Below, one piece after another: positions 31,631-40,927 of a stretch of DNA of 64,000 nucleotides. Within the stretch, counting starts at the first letter, position 1. Each line of letters starts with the position of its first letter. The notes below the pieces were generated by a model. It searched no databases, was not told the origin of the DNA, and saw nothing but the letters and a program-made list of their open reading frames with translations. Position numbers and translations under genes: made by a program. Origin of the DNA: an uncultured candidatus Porisulfidus sp. (GTDB lineage Bacteria > Pseudomonadota > Gammaproteobacteria > Poriferisulfidales > Poriferisulfidaceae); NCBI GenBank assembly GCA_965204575.1, contig OZ241993.1, forward strand, positions 1,312,001 through 1,376,000, written 5' to 3'.

Positions 31631-33522
31631 CCCCGATCCGCGAGCTAAGGCGATTTTGAGGGTTTTTCGAAGGTTGGAGGCTCGCCGCCACGGATTTTGA
31701 ACTGGAATGTGGCGAACCGGGGTGGATTTCTGGCGGAAAGAGGCAAGCCTCGCCCGATTTCCCGGTTTTCCGGCATGAGCGCGCAGGGCTTCGCAGGCCG
31801 CCCGCGGGCGGCCTCAAGGGACTCCATGCAGCAGGAGGTCAGGAGGTGTCGTAGGCCAGGCTGCGGCTCATTCGCCCCAGCGCCCGGTGTAGCTGATGCA
31901 CCCGCGACGGCTGGAACCGCAACCGCTGCACGCGGGCATGCCGCACCACTCGGGCCACGAGGGTCACCCAGTGTCGGCGCACCTGCTTCATCCGCGCCCA
32001 CAGCCAGTCCCGGCCGAGCGCGCAACGCCGCAGCACGGCGTTGAGGTTCAGGCTCAGCACTGCCAGATGCCACCAGGCGGCGTTGGCCCCGAACCGGCCC
32101 GACGGCATCAGGCCGCCGGCCAGGTCGTCCTTGAGCACCGCGTGCACCTCCTCGCCCCGCCCGCAGCGTTCATGCGCGAAGCGCACCAGTTCCGCCGTCG
32201 ACATCGCCAGCCCCGCGCCCTCGTCGGGTTCGACCGGATGCGGCAGGTTGGTCAGATAGACCCGGCAGCGCCAGGCCGGGGCGCCGTCGCGGGTCGGCAA
32301 CTCGTCGGGGTCGACGCCCAGCTCGCCCGGCAAGGCGCGCCGGGTGGCGACATGGCGCAGCAGCTGCCCGGCCTGCTTCGGCCGGGCGTTCCAGTCCGAG
32401 ACGTGATCCAGCTCGGCGCAGTGCAGCGCCGAGCCGAGGAGCGGCTGCCACCAGTCCTCCGGCGCCCGCGCCAGGGACTGCTTCATCGCCTTGCCCAGGT
32501 CCGCCGACACCACGAAGCCGATCACCCCGAAGCGGCGCAGCGCCGCCGGACGCGATGCCGGATCGTTGCAGAACCGCACTAGCGTCTTCTGGTAGCCGGC
32601 GCCGTCGCTGCGCACCCACACCCGCCGGATCGTCGGCGGCAGACCCGACACCACCCGCTCCAGCAGCTCCCGGTTGCGCACCCCGGCCGGCACGTTGCCG
32701 TCCCGGAACTCGGTGCCCAGCACCATCCCCAACTCCGGGCAGAACACCGACAGCGGCTGGTAGCCGCGCTCCCCCGGCACCTTGCCGGTCGCGCTGCGGT
32801 ACGTGGGCCGGGCCTCGCGCTTGCCCGACGCCACCACCGTCGCGTCCAGGTCCAGGGTCAACTCCTCCAGTTGCTGAACCTCGATCAGGCGGTCCCGCAG
32901 CCGCTCGGTCACCGCCTCGATCCGCCGCAACTCGTTCGCCGGTTCCGGCACCACCGCCCGCCCGGGCACCCGCGCCTGCGCCGCCGCCTCGTCCTGGAAA
33001 CGCCCCAACCAGTCCAACACCGAGCGCGCCGACGGAAAGGTCCGCTTGCGCCCGCCCCGGAAGCGCCGCGCCAGCTGCGCCGCCGGGATCCCCAGCACCG
33101 CCTCCTCGTAGGCGCGCACCAGCCGGCACAGGCTGGCGTCTTCCTCCAGCGCCGCCACGTCCGAGACCCGCTCGTGGCCGACCACGTTCAGCAACAGCAG
33201 GCTCAGCATCATCTGCCCGTCGTGCCAGCCCTGCCGGCCGGCCACCGGCACCGGCAGGTCGTGAAGCACGCCCGTGCGGCGCAGCAACTCCAGCCACAAG
33301 ACCAGCCCGCCGTGGGCGCTGGTCCGGGTCAGGTTCGGGTCGCCGTCGAGCGCGACCAAAGGGGAAAAACTGGACATATAATGAGACTCCCGGTTGGTTG
33401 TTGTTGACTCACCCAGTGGGTGAGTCGTCTAGCACCACCAAGTTTAACTGCTACACGCAGTTATTGCACAGCCAACCGGGACCTTTCTACTTCCTTTTAC
33501 TCAGGTAGCTCGCGGATCGGGG
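31631..33522 (-). mobile_element. IS1380-family insertion sequence, apparently intact
   Basis: Perfect 17-bp IRs (CCCCGATCCGCGAGCTA at 31631-31647 and 33506-33522) and a 5-bp target duplication GCCTG (31626-30, 33523-27). Confidence 0.92.
31839..33377 (-). CDS. IS1380-family DDE transposase
   Basis: TSAHGGL, LDLDAT, GYQPL, FRDGN, RSDGAGY, RCGRGEE...LK.D, FGANAAW. Confidence 0.9.
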   Translation of the reverse strand: MSSFSPLVALDGDPNLTRTSAHGGLVLWLELLRRTGVLHDLPVPVAGRQGWHDGQMMLSLLLLNVVGHERVSDVAALEEDASLCRLVRAYEEAVLGIPAAQLARRFRGGRKRTFPSARSVLDWLGRFQDEAAAQARVPGRAVVPEPANELRRIEAVTERLRDRLIEVQQLEELTLDLDATVVASGKREARPTYRSATGKVPGERGYQPLSVFCPELGMVLGTEFRDGNVPAGVRNRELLERVVSGLPPTIRRVWVRSDGAGYQKTLVRFCNDPASRPAALRRFGVIGFVVSADLGKAMKQSLARAPEDWWQPLLGSALHCAELDHVSDWNARPKQAGQLLRHVATRRALPGELGVDPDELPTRDGAPAWRCRVYLTNLPHPVEPDEGAGLAMSTAELVRFAHERCGRGEEVHAVLKDDLAGGLMPSGRFGANAAWWHLAVLSLNLNAVLRRCALGRDWLWARMKQVRRHWVTLVARVVRHARVQRLRFQPSRVHQLHRALGRMSRSLAYDTS

Positions 33523-33596
33523 GCCTGACGGATGGTGAGTCTGTATTATTTTCCGTGCTAGAATCCCATGGCTCAATTCATTTGCGAGGCATGGAC

Positions 33597-33938
33597 ATGG
33601 ATTTCAAGATTTTCTCCCTGGCGGCTTTATTCTCCGCCGCAGTGTTGCTGGTTTCCGTGTTGTCGGTCCCTGCGGGACCGGCGCACGCTTTCACGTCAAC
33701 CCCGGCCAATAAGGATCAAAGAACCATAGTCCAGAAGTGCCGTGAAGATTTCGACCGTTCTTCCGCAGGTTCAAGTTGTTCCAAGGTGACTTTCACGAAA
33801 GTCATGAACTACCGGTGCCGGATCGACTACACCTGCAGCAAGGCCGACGGCGGCACCCGCAAGGGCTGGAAGACGATTGACCCGGACGATTCCGCGTCTC
33901 TGAAAAACTGCGACGGCTGGCTCAAGACGAGTTGCTGA
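33597..33938 (+). CDS. Secreted Cys-rich mini-protein B (start 33591 or 33597)
   Basis: Signal ending AHA; C-x12-C-x12-C-x5-C-x24-C-x7-C; LKNCDGWLK. Confidence 0.85.
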   Translation: MDFKIFSLAALFSAAVLLVSVLSVPAGPAHAFTSTPANKDQRTIVQKCREDFDRSSAGSSCSKVTFTKVMNYRCRIDYTCSKADGGTRKGWKTIDPDDSASLKNCDGWLKTSC

Positions 33939-34016
33939 TTCGCCTGCGGCCCTGGCGCAAGAGGGGCTTTCGTTGCGCGGCAACCGGCGGCCGCCGGTGC
34001 GCATGACGGGTGTCGG

Positions 34017-35204
34017 TCAGCTGTCGCGAAGGGCCTCGACCGGATCGAGCCGGGCGGCCCGGTAGGCGGGGTACAGGCCGAAGAAGATGCCGGCGGCGCT
34101 GGCCACGCCGACCCCCAGGCCGACGGCCAGCATCGAGACCTGGAACGCCCAGTCCGTAATCTGGCAGATGACCCAGGTTGCCCCGACTCCTGCCCCGACT
34201 CCGACCACGCCAGCCGCCAGCGACAGGACGATCGACTCGATCAGGAACTGGCCCTGGATATCGGCGCGGCGCGCGCCCAGGGCACGGCGGATGCCGATCT
34301 CCTGTCGTCGCTCGGACACCGAGACCAGCATGACGTTCATGACCCCGATGCCGCCGACGAGGAGCGAGATCCCGCCCACGGAACCCAAAAGAAGCGCGAA
34401 CAGCCGCATCTGCTTGTGCATCTGTTCGATCAGGTGCTCCGCGCTTCGCACGCGCACCTCGACGCCGGGCGACAGGCGCCGGAAGTAGTCGGCAATCTTC
34501 CTTTCCGCCACGACGTGATGGGTCCCCGGGCTCATGCGGGCCGTGATGTTGCGGATTTCCGGGCGGCGAAACACCCGCCGGGCGGTCGACAGGGGGATGA
34601 TGACGGCGCGGCTGACATCGAAGTCGCGCATGCCCTGCGGGGTTCGCCGCAATACGCCGACGATGGTGTACGCGTTCCCGGCCACCTCGAGGGCCTCGCC
34701 GATGAGGTTCCGGGTTCCGGCGTGGCGCAGGTCCGCGGCGATCTCCGGGCCGATGACGCAGAAGTACCGGCGCAAGTCGAGGTCGGAGATGTGGCGGCCG
34801 GATTCGAGTTTCAGCTTGTTGAGGTCGGGCAGGGTGGCGGTGGCCCCGATCAGCACCGCGTCTTTCGGTGCCCGCCGGGGCAGGGAGATCTGCGCGTATG
34901 AGTCCGCATAAGGAGCCGCCGCGGTGATGACGGAAAGCCTCGCGACGCCGCTGGCCTGCTCCGGGTCGATCGCGGAGAGGTCGCCCGAAGGACCGCGATG
35001 GTCAAGGCTGATGGTCAGGATGTCCGTGCCCAGTTCCTGGAATTGCTCGAGCGCCTCGTCCCGGGCGATGAGGCCCAGCGAAATCATCGCGATGACCGAG
35101 CCGATTCCGATCGCAATGCCGATCAGCGCAAGCAGGGTGCGTTGCTTGGCGGCGAGCAGGCTGCTCGCTGCTTCCTTGAGATTGGCCTGGACGAGAGGAA
35201 GCAT
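34017..35204 (-). CDS. MacB/FtsX-type ABC transporter permease
   Basis: RTLLALIGIAIGI, periplasmic domain, GGIGVMNVMLVSVSER..EIGIRRALGA, PAYRAARLDP. Confidence 0.93.
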   Translation of the reverse strand: MLPLVQANLKEAASSLLAAKQRTLLALIGIAIGIGSVIAMISLGLIARDEALEQFQELGTDILTISLDHRGPSGDLSAIDPEQASGVARLSVITAAAPYADSYAQISLPRRAPKDAVLIGATATLPDLNKLKLESGRHISDLDLRRYFCVIGPEIAADLRHAGTRNLIGEALEVAGNAYTIVGVLRRTPQGMRDFDVSRAVIIPLSTARRVFRRPEIRNITARMSPGTHHVVAERKIADYFRRLSPGVEVRVRSAEHLIEQMHKQMRLFALLLGSVGGISLLVGGIGVMNVMLVSVSERRQEIGIRRALGARRADIQGQFLIESIVLSLAAGVVGVGAGVGATWVICQITDWAFQVSMLAVGLGVGVASAAGIFFGLYPAYRAARLDPVEALRDS

Positions 35205-35216
35205 TCTGCCTTCCGG

Positions 35217-35963
35217 TCATTCGTCTCCCGAAACGGGGCCCGGCCTCTCCCGGGGCTCGACTTCGTTCAGGACGCCGTCGCGAATGCGGGTGCGCCGGGC
35301 ACACTGCTGGGCCACTTCCCGGTCATGCGTGATGATGATCCCGGTGAGCTGCTCCTCGGCGTTCAGCCGGATGAACAGTTGCATGATCTCGTCGCTGGTC
35401 TCGGCATCCAGGGCGCCGGTCGGTTCGTCAGCCAGCAGGATGTCCGGTTCGCCGACCAGGGCGCGGGCGATGGCGACGCGTTGCCGCTGCCCTCCGGACA
35501 TTTCGCCGGGGCGATGGCCTGCGCGGTCGCCGATGCCGACCTTGTCGAGCATTTCGCAGGCGCTGCGCTGCGCGACCGCCGAACCCGTGCCTCGGTACAC
35601 CAGCGGAACCGCCACATTCTCCCAGGCCGTCAGGCGCGGAAGCAGGTGGAAAGACTGGAACACGAAGCCGATGCTCGCGTTGCGCAGGGCGGAAAGATCG
35701 TCGTCGTCCAGCACGCCGACTTCCCGCCCATTCAGGGAAAAGGAGCCCGAATCCGACTGATCCAGAAGGCCTAGGATGTTCATCAGCGTGGACTTGCCGC
35801 AGCCCGACGGCCCCATGATCGACAGCAGGTCACCCGGGTACAGGTCGAGGCATACCCCTCGGAGGATCTCGGTGACGATCGGCCCCGTGGCATAACTCTT
35901 GCGGATGTCGACCAGGCTGAGTATGGCCTCCGCCGCCGGGCTCACGCTGTCCCGCCGGGTCAT
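35217..35963 (-). CDS. MacB/LolD-type ABC ATPase
   Basis: GPSGCGKST, GFVFQ, SGGQRQRVAIARAL, DEPTGALD, ITHD. Confidence 0.95.
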   Translation of the reverse strand: MTRRDSVSPAAEAILSLVDIRKSYATGPIVTEILRGVCLDLYPGDLLSIMGPSGCGKSTLMNILGLLDQSDSGSFSLNGREVGVLDDDDLSALRNASIGFVFQSFHLLPRLTAWENVAVPLVYRGTGSAVAQRSACEMLDKVGIGDRAGHRPGEMSGGQRQRVAIARALVGEPDILLADEPTGALDAETSDEIMQLFIRLNAEEQLTGIIITHDREVAQQCARRTRIRDGVLNEVEPRERPGPVSGDE

Positions 35964-37810
35964 CGCGAGGGTCCCGGCATCAGGATTTCCTGGCCGGTCG
36001 TGATGCCGCTGACGATTTCCACTGAGTCCAGGGTGGTCATCCCGATCTCCACCTCTACCGGTCCGATTTCGCCGGAATCCCGGTCGCGGACCCGCAGCCA
36101 GGACCGGCCCTCGCGGAGTTCCACCGCCTCGACCGGGACCAGTAGCGCGTCTTCCTTTTCATAGACCAGGACCTCGACCCGGGCGGACATGCCCAGGCGC
36201 AGCAGCCGGTGCTGTTCCTCCGTCAGGGTTTCCACGACGGCGTTGACCTCGAACAGCGGCTGCCGTCGATGTTCGCGCACGGGAATGGCCTGCGAGGAAA
36301 TACTGTCGACCTTGCCGTGCAGCACGGTCCCGGGGAAGGCGTCCCCCACGATCCGCGCCGGTTGTCCCGGACGAATCCGCGTGACGTCCACCTCGTCCAC
36401 ATGGACGACCACGGCGATGCCGCTGGTGTCCCCGATGGTCAGCAGCAGGTCGCCCCGATCAACCAGCGCGCCCTTGACCAGCTTGTCGCTGGCCGTGCCC
36501 GTCTTCGCCTCTGCGCCGTCCTTCCGCCTCGGATGCATCACCACGCCGGCCGCCGGCGCGGTGACGGCGGCCTTGCGCAGGATTTCCTCGATGCTTTCCA
36601 GCTGGGTGCGCGCGTTCTCCAGTTCTAGCCGCGCTACCTTCAGCCCGGGGACGCCTTTGTCCAGAACGGCCTGAAGTTCCTGTTCCGCCGTCTGCAGGTC
36701 CAGCGACTGGTTGCGGTGTTCCCGCTCGGCGGCCTCGTACTCCGAGGTGGGGATGATGCCCCGCTCCAGCAGGAACGCGGTTTCCTCAAGCCGGCTGTTC
36801 AGGGATTCCAGCTTGAGCCGGCTTTTGCTCACGGCCTGGCGGACCCGGGATACCTCGGCATGGTTGGACCAGTTCTCGAATGTCTCGACCTGTTCGCGCG
36901 CCTTGAGGTAGGTCACTTCCGCCTCGCGGCGGGAAATCTGGACCTTGGCCACGTCCATGTCCAGCAAGGCCTGGCCCTGGGCGACCCGCTGGCCGGGGCG
37001 GACATGCACCGCGCCCACCTTTCCCTTCATCGGGGCGGCCACCTCGACTTCCCGCTTCGGCGCCAGTTGCCCGGTCATGGCGACCGTGGACGAGATCCGC
37101 CCGGGCTCGACCACCAGGCTGCGGGCCTGTTCCGGGGCGCCGTGCGCCGTGCCTGCGATGTCGCTCCCGGAAGCTGGGAGACCCGCGTCCGGGCGGCTGT
37201 CCCAGAAGTACAGCCCGATCGCGACGAACAGGACCGGGACGGCCAAGGCCGCGCCCACCCGGATGGTCGTGATCTTCTTCGAGGCGACGCCCAGTTTCTG
37301 GTTTGTCTCCTCCAGTTCCCGGTAGGCATTTCGGAGTTCGGCGTGCTGTCCCTCCACCTCCTTGGCCAAGCGGAGTTCCTTCTCCCGCAATTCCCGGATC
37401 TCGGAGATGTCGTTGAACATCACGATGACGCCGGTCCAGAGGGCTTCGCCGTCCCGTTCCTCCTTCAGGTACGTCGTCGCCACGGACAGGGAGCGGGTCT
37501 CGCCGCCGAGCGTCGCCTCGACCACGCGCTGGTGGACTGCGGTGGAGTCGTAGACGGCCTCGAAGATGATGTCGAGAAACTGGTCCAGGCCCTCCTTGTC
37601 GGCAAAAACCTCCCCGAACCGGCTTCCCACGACCGCGGCGCTGTCCAGGCCGAAGATGCTCTCCGCCGCCGCGTTGAAGCTGGTAATGATTCCGTCGGTG
37701 TCCAGGGACATGACCCCGCTGGCCACATTGTCCAAGATGTTCCGGTAGATCAGGCCGGAAGCCTCGCGGCTTTCGTCGGGAAGGGGAGGGCTGGAGCGGC
37801 GCGCGTTCAC
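35960..37810 (-). CDS. Membrane-fusion (MacA/HlyD-like) adaptor with N-terminal PAS domain
   Basis: About aa 20-137 PAS-like (ILDNVASGVMSLDTDGIITSFNAAAESIFG...VMFNDISE), coiled coil, one TM, then lipoyl/hairpin/beta-barrel MFP motifs (VDEVD..IRPGQ, LRLGMSA). Confidence 0.88.
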   Translation of the reverse strand: MNARRSSPPLPDESREASGLIYRNILDNVASGVMSLDTDGIITSFNAAAESIFGLDSAAVVGSRFGEVFADKEGLDQFLDIIFEAVYDSTAVHQRVVEATLGGETRSLSVATTYLKEERDGEALWTGVIVMFNDISEIRELREKELRLAKEVEGQHAELRNAYRELEETNQKLGVASKKITTIRVGAALAVPVLFVAIGLYFWDSRPDAGLPASGSDIAGTAHGAPEQARSLVVEPGRISSTVAMTGQLAPKREVEVAAPMKGKVGAVHVRPGQRVAQGQALLDMDVAKVQISRREAEVTYLKAREQVETFENWSNHAEVSRVRQAVSKSRLKLESLNSRLEETAFLLERGIIPTSEYEAAEREHRNQSLDLQTAEQELQAVLDKGVPGLKVARLELENARTQLESIEEILRKAAVTAPAAGVVMHPRRKDGAEAKTGTASDKLVKGALVDRGDLLLTIGDTSGIAVVVHVDEVDVTRIRPGQPARIVGDAFPGTVLHGKVDSISSQAIPVREHRRQPLFEVNAVVETLTEEQHRLLRLGMSARVEVLVYEKEDALLVPVEAVELREGRSWLRVRDRDSGEIGPVEVEIGMTTLDSVEIVSGITTGQEILMPGPSR

Positions 37811-39330
37811 GGGGCCGCCTCCCGGTCTACGTCGCGGATCTCGATGTTCCAGGACTCCAGCGTCGTCCCCAGGGTGCGGTCCAGCGAGGTCACGGCCGTC
37901 TGATGGGCGATGATCGAGTCCAGTTCGTTGTTTTGCGCCGACACCAGGTCGTCCTCGAAGGTGACCAGGCGGAAGTTCGACGACAGGCCGAGGCGCAGTT
38001 TTTCCCGTTCGACCGCCACCTTCTGTTCCACGAGTTCGCGGGCAGAACGCGCGAGTTCCACCTGGCGGTGGGACAGTTCCACTTCCCGAAGCGCGTTGCT
38101 CACCTCGATGTCGACGCGCTGGCGCAGGTTCGCGAGACTGTTCCGGGCCTTCCGGAGGAGGGTCGTGGCCTGCACGTATTTCTGTTTTCTGGGGTCGGCC
38201 GCCGCCCAGATCGGAATGCTGAGGTCGAACCGGATGGCATGGTCGGTGCCGTCGAAATGGCCGGCGCCGCCCGGTGTCGAATCAATGCCGGCCAACCGGG
38301 CCGACAGCGTCGCCGAAAGGTCCCACAGGCGCTCGCTCTCGGCCGCCTCGACCCGGGCTTCCGCGATCTCGACGCCGAGGATCGCCTGCAGGTAGTCCGG
38401 GCGGTGCTGCCGGGCCTCCCCGATGCGGTCCGCCATTGCAGCCGGCCTCGGTTTGTCGGGAAGCGTCTCCGAGAGGGTGTCGGTCAGCCGGATCCGGGTG
38501 TGGCTGTCGATGTCGAGGACGTCGGTCAGCGCCAGGCGGGCGGCATCCAGGCGGTTGCGCGCGGCGACCAGTTGCAATTCGCGGCCGGCGATGTCGGCTT
38601 TCGTCTGGACCACGTCCCGCTCCGCCATCCGCCCGCTGCGCACGAGCAGTTCGTTCACCTCGAGCAGGCCCTGGGCGCGCTGGAGGGACTGGCTGCGGAT
38701 TTCTGCGCGATGTTCAGCCTGCATGTAGTCCCGATAGACATTGATGACCGACGTGACGACATCGATGATCGCCTGCTTGAGCGTGAGAACATTGCTCTTT
38801 TCCACGGCCTGGGCGATCCGCACCGAGGCCGTGTTGACCCCGACGCCCGCGCCGCGCAGCAGAGGCTGGGTGAACCTGAACACCAGCTCGTTGGAGTACC
38901 GCGACCGCGAGGGCGCGTCGCCGCCCCGGCGGATGCCGTCCCAGTCGAGGTTGAATTCCCCGCCGGTGGGGATGCGCAGCATGACGGTCGATCCCACGCC
39001 GGTTGCGGCAAGGTCCGAGGACGGCGCGGTGTGCGTCCGGTCAAAGTGAGAATCGAACGTCACATGCGGGCGGAACTTGTTCTCCGCCACTCGCAGGGCG
39101 AAACGTTCCGTGATGCGGTCCAGCCGCGCGCCGATCAGTTGTCGGTTGTTGCGGAGGGTCAGGAGGACAGCCTCTTCAAGAGAAAGGTCGAGGCGATTCG
39201 GTGGATCGCTTCCAGGCTCCGCCCCCAGCCCGGGGACGGAGGAACAAGACAGGCCGATTGCGACAATGGCAGGTTCGATCAAGCATCGCCTGCAACTTCG
39301 GCATGGTGCCTTGGGGGCTGCTGAGAACAT
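37807..39330 (-). CDS. TolC-family outer-membrane channel
   Basis: LSLEEAV...NN..L, FTQPLLRG, RPD, LSIPI, E.EKL.LG.SS; first gene of the exporter operon. Confidence 0.88.
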   Translation of the reverse strand: MFSAAPKAPCRSCRRCLIEPAIVAIGLSCSSVPGLGAEPGSDPPNRLDLSLEEAVLLTLRNNRQLIGARLDRITERFALRVAENKFRPHVTFDSHFDRTHTAPSSDLAATGVGSTVMLRIPTGGEFNLDWDGIRRGGDAPSRSRYSNELVFRFTQPLLRGAGVGVNTASVRIAQAVEKSNVLTLKQAIIDVVTSVINVYRDYMQAEHRAEIRSQSLQRAQGLLEVNELLVRSGRMAERDVVQTKADIAGRELQLVAARNRLDAARLALTDVLDIDSHTRIRLTDTLSETLPDKPRPAAMADRIGEARQHRPDYLQAILGVEIAEARVEAAESERLWDLSATLSARLAGIDSTPGGAGHFDGTDHAIRFDLSIPIWAAADPRKQKYVQATTLLRKARNSLANLRQRVDIEVSNALREVELSHRQVELARSARELVEQKVAVEREKLRLGLSSNFRLVTFEDDLVSAQNNELDSIIAHQTAVTSLDRTLGTTLESWNIEIRDVDREAAP

Positions 39331-39385
39331 GGCGCGCGAGCGGGCGGTGAGGCACCCCTCCGCTACGCGGGGTCCGTCAGGTGAA

Positions 39386-39595
39386 TCAACAACCCAACTT
39401 GACCAAGCCGTTGCAGTTTTTCACTTGAAAAGCATTTGTCGGGCCCGCTGTCATTCCGCTCTTCACGAACACTGTTTCTCTGACCACGGCTTTGGAGTGC
39501 ATTGCCTGAATAGGGCATGGGTTGAGGACTGTTCCAGGAAACTCTCGTCCCGACAAGTGGAAGCCGCAGAACTACTTTCGCAGTTTGGGCATCAT
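39386..39595 (-). pseudogene. Frameshifted, leaderless mini-protein paralogue D
   Basis: One frame reads C.NCESSSAASTCRDESF...QC; another ends VKNCNGLVKLGC-stop (stop at 39386-88). Confidence 0.65.
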
Positions 39596-39644
39596 GTTCT
39601 CTTCTCCTGGTCCTCAACAGCCTGCCTGGGCTTGCCGCGCATGG

Positions 39645-39992
39645 TCAGCAACTCCCGACCTTCAGCACCAACCGACCGCAGTGGTGCAGGTTGCCGACAT
39701 CCCCTTTCGACACGCCGGTGACGCTGGCATCCCCACGGTTATCGCCGGTAGTGATCTGGTACTTGCATGTGGCGAAGAAATTGCACTTGTTGTGTTCCAC
39801 CCACGTATTCTTCAAATAACAGGTCTGGCTGGCAGGCGAACTGCTCCATGCCGAAGTGCAGTCACCGGTTGTGACGGACGGCGCGGAGGTGAACGCGTGC
39901 ACCGGCTCCGCAGGAATCGACAACGCGGAAGCCAGCAGCAATGCGGCGGAGAAAAAGGCCGCCAAGGAGAAAATATTGAAATTCATGCTCAT
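39645..39992 (-). CDS. Secreted Cys-rich mini-protein C
   Basis: Leader close to that of B; C-x12-C-x11-C-x5-C-x28-C-x9-C; GAGG RBS. Confidence 0.85.
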   Translation of the reverse strand: MSMNFNIFSLAAFFSAALLLASALSIPAEPVHAFTSAPSVTTGDCTSAWSSSPASQTCYLKNTWVEHNKCNFFATCKYQITTGDNRGDASVTGVSKGDVGNLHHCGRLVLKVGSC

Positions 39993-40772
39993 ACCTCACG
40001 AGTGTATTCGTCAAGGAACTGGACAATAGGGATTCTAGCACGGAAAGCGGTTTTACGCGCCCTTTCGAGCCCTTTCTTATGGAAAGTGGTGGGGTCGCTC
40101 GGCAAAGCTGACTTATCAAGATACTGATACTTGTGGACATGGATCACCCGTCAAGTTAGGTATATATCCCTATCTATCAGAAACCCAACCCTACGGGTTT
40201 GGGTTTTCTGATGCAACTGTATAGAGAAAAGTCGAATGCGGCCCGTTCGCTTCGCTTGCTCTGCCGAGAACTGCTGGCAGAATACGCCCGGCATCGTCTC
40301 CGGCAGTTAGTCTTTGCGGTAATTGGCTGTCGCTCACTGTCGGCAGTATCCAACCGACATCATGGCTCCAGTCCAACCCGACTCGCAAAGCAAGGTTATC
40401 CAATGCCGGGCAGTCGGAAATCTGGCGGCAGGTGCACAAGCGCACCCGACCGAGGGCAGGGATCGGGTTTGCCGTCTGCCCGGCAGGGAAGCACCGCACG
40501 GCGGCCGGTCTCGGCCGCCGCGTCTTGGAAAACTCGAACTCGCGGTTATGAGCGTCCGCAATCGGGCAAGGGAACCCTGCCCGGATGCGCCTTTTTGCCT
40601 GTCTATTGGAGTGCGCATCGAGTTTTCCATACACCCCCTCACGGATCGAGGGCGGGCCGGCGCATCCAGCAGGGTTTTGGCTAGCCGGGGTGCTTCCCTT
40701 TCGGGCTATCTGGGCGTAAAAATTTTCTGAAAAATAAAAATCTGACCCAGATAGCGGTCTGACCTGCCGCCG

Positions 40773-40828
40773 GGCGCGAGCCGTGATAGGAAACCTATCA
40801 CCGGGCGGCCCGGATCAACCGGCTGGCC
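40773..40828 (+). repeat. 56-bp direct repeat, copy 1, with core palindrome GTGATAGG-AAA-CCTATCAC
   Basis: Identical to 41746-41801. Confidence 0.9.
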
Positions 40829-40927
40829 GGCTCGACTCCCTGCGCCCGGCGCGGGTCGGCGCGGGGCGTGGGCTGGGGCCGTGCTTCGCGAAGCGTGCAG
40901 ACCGGGCGGCAGGGGCGCGTCCGGCCA

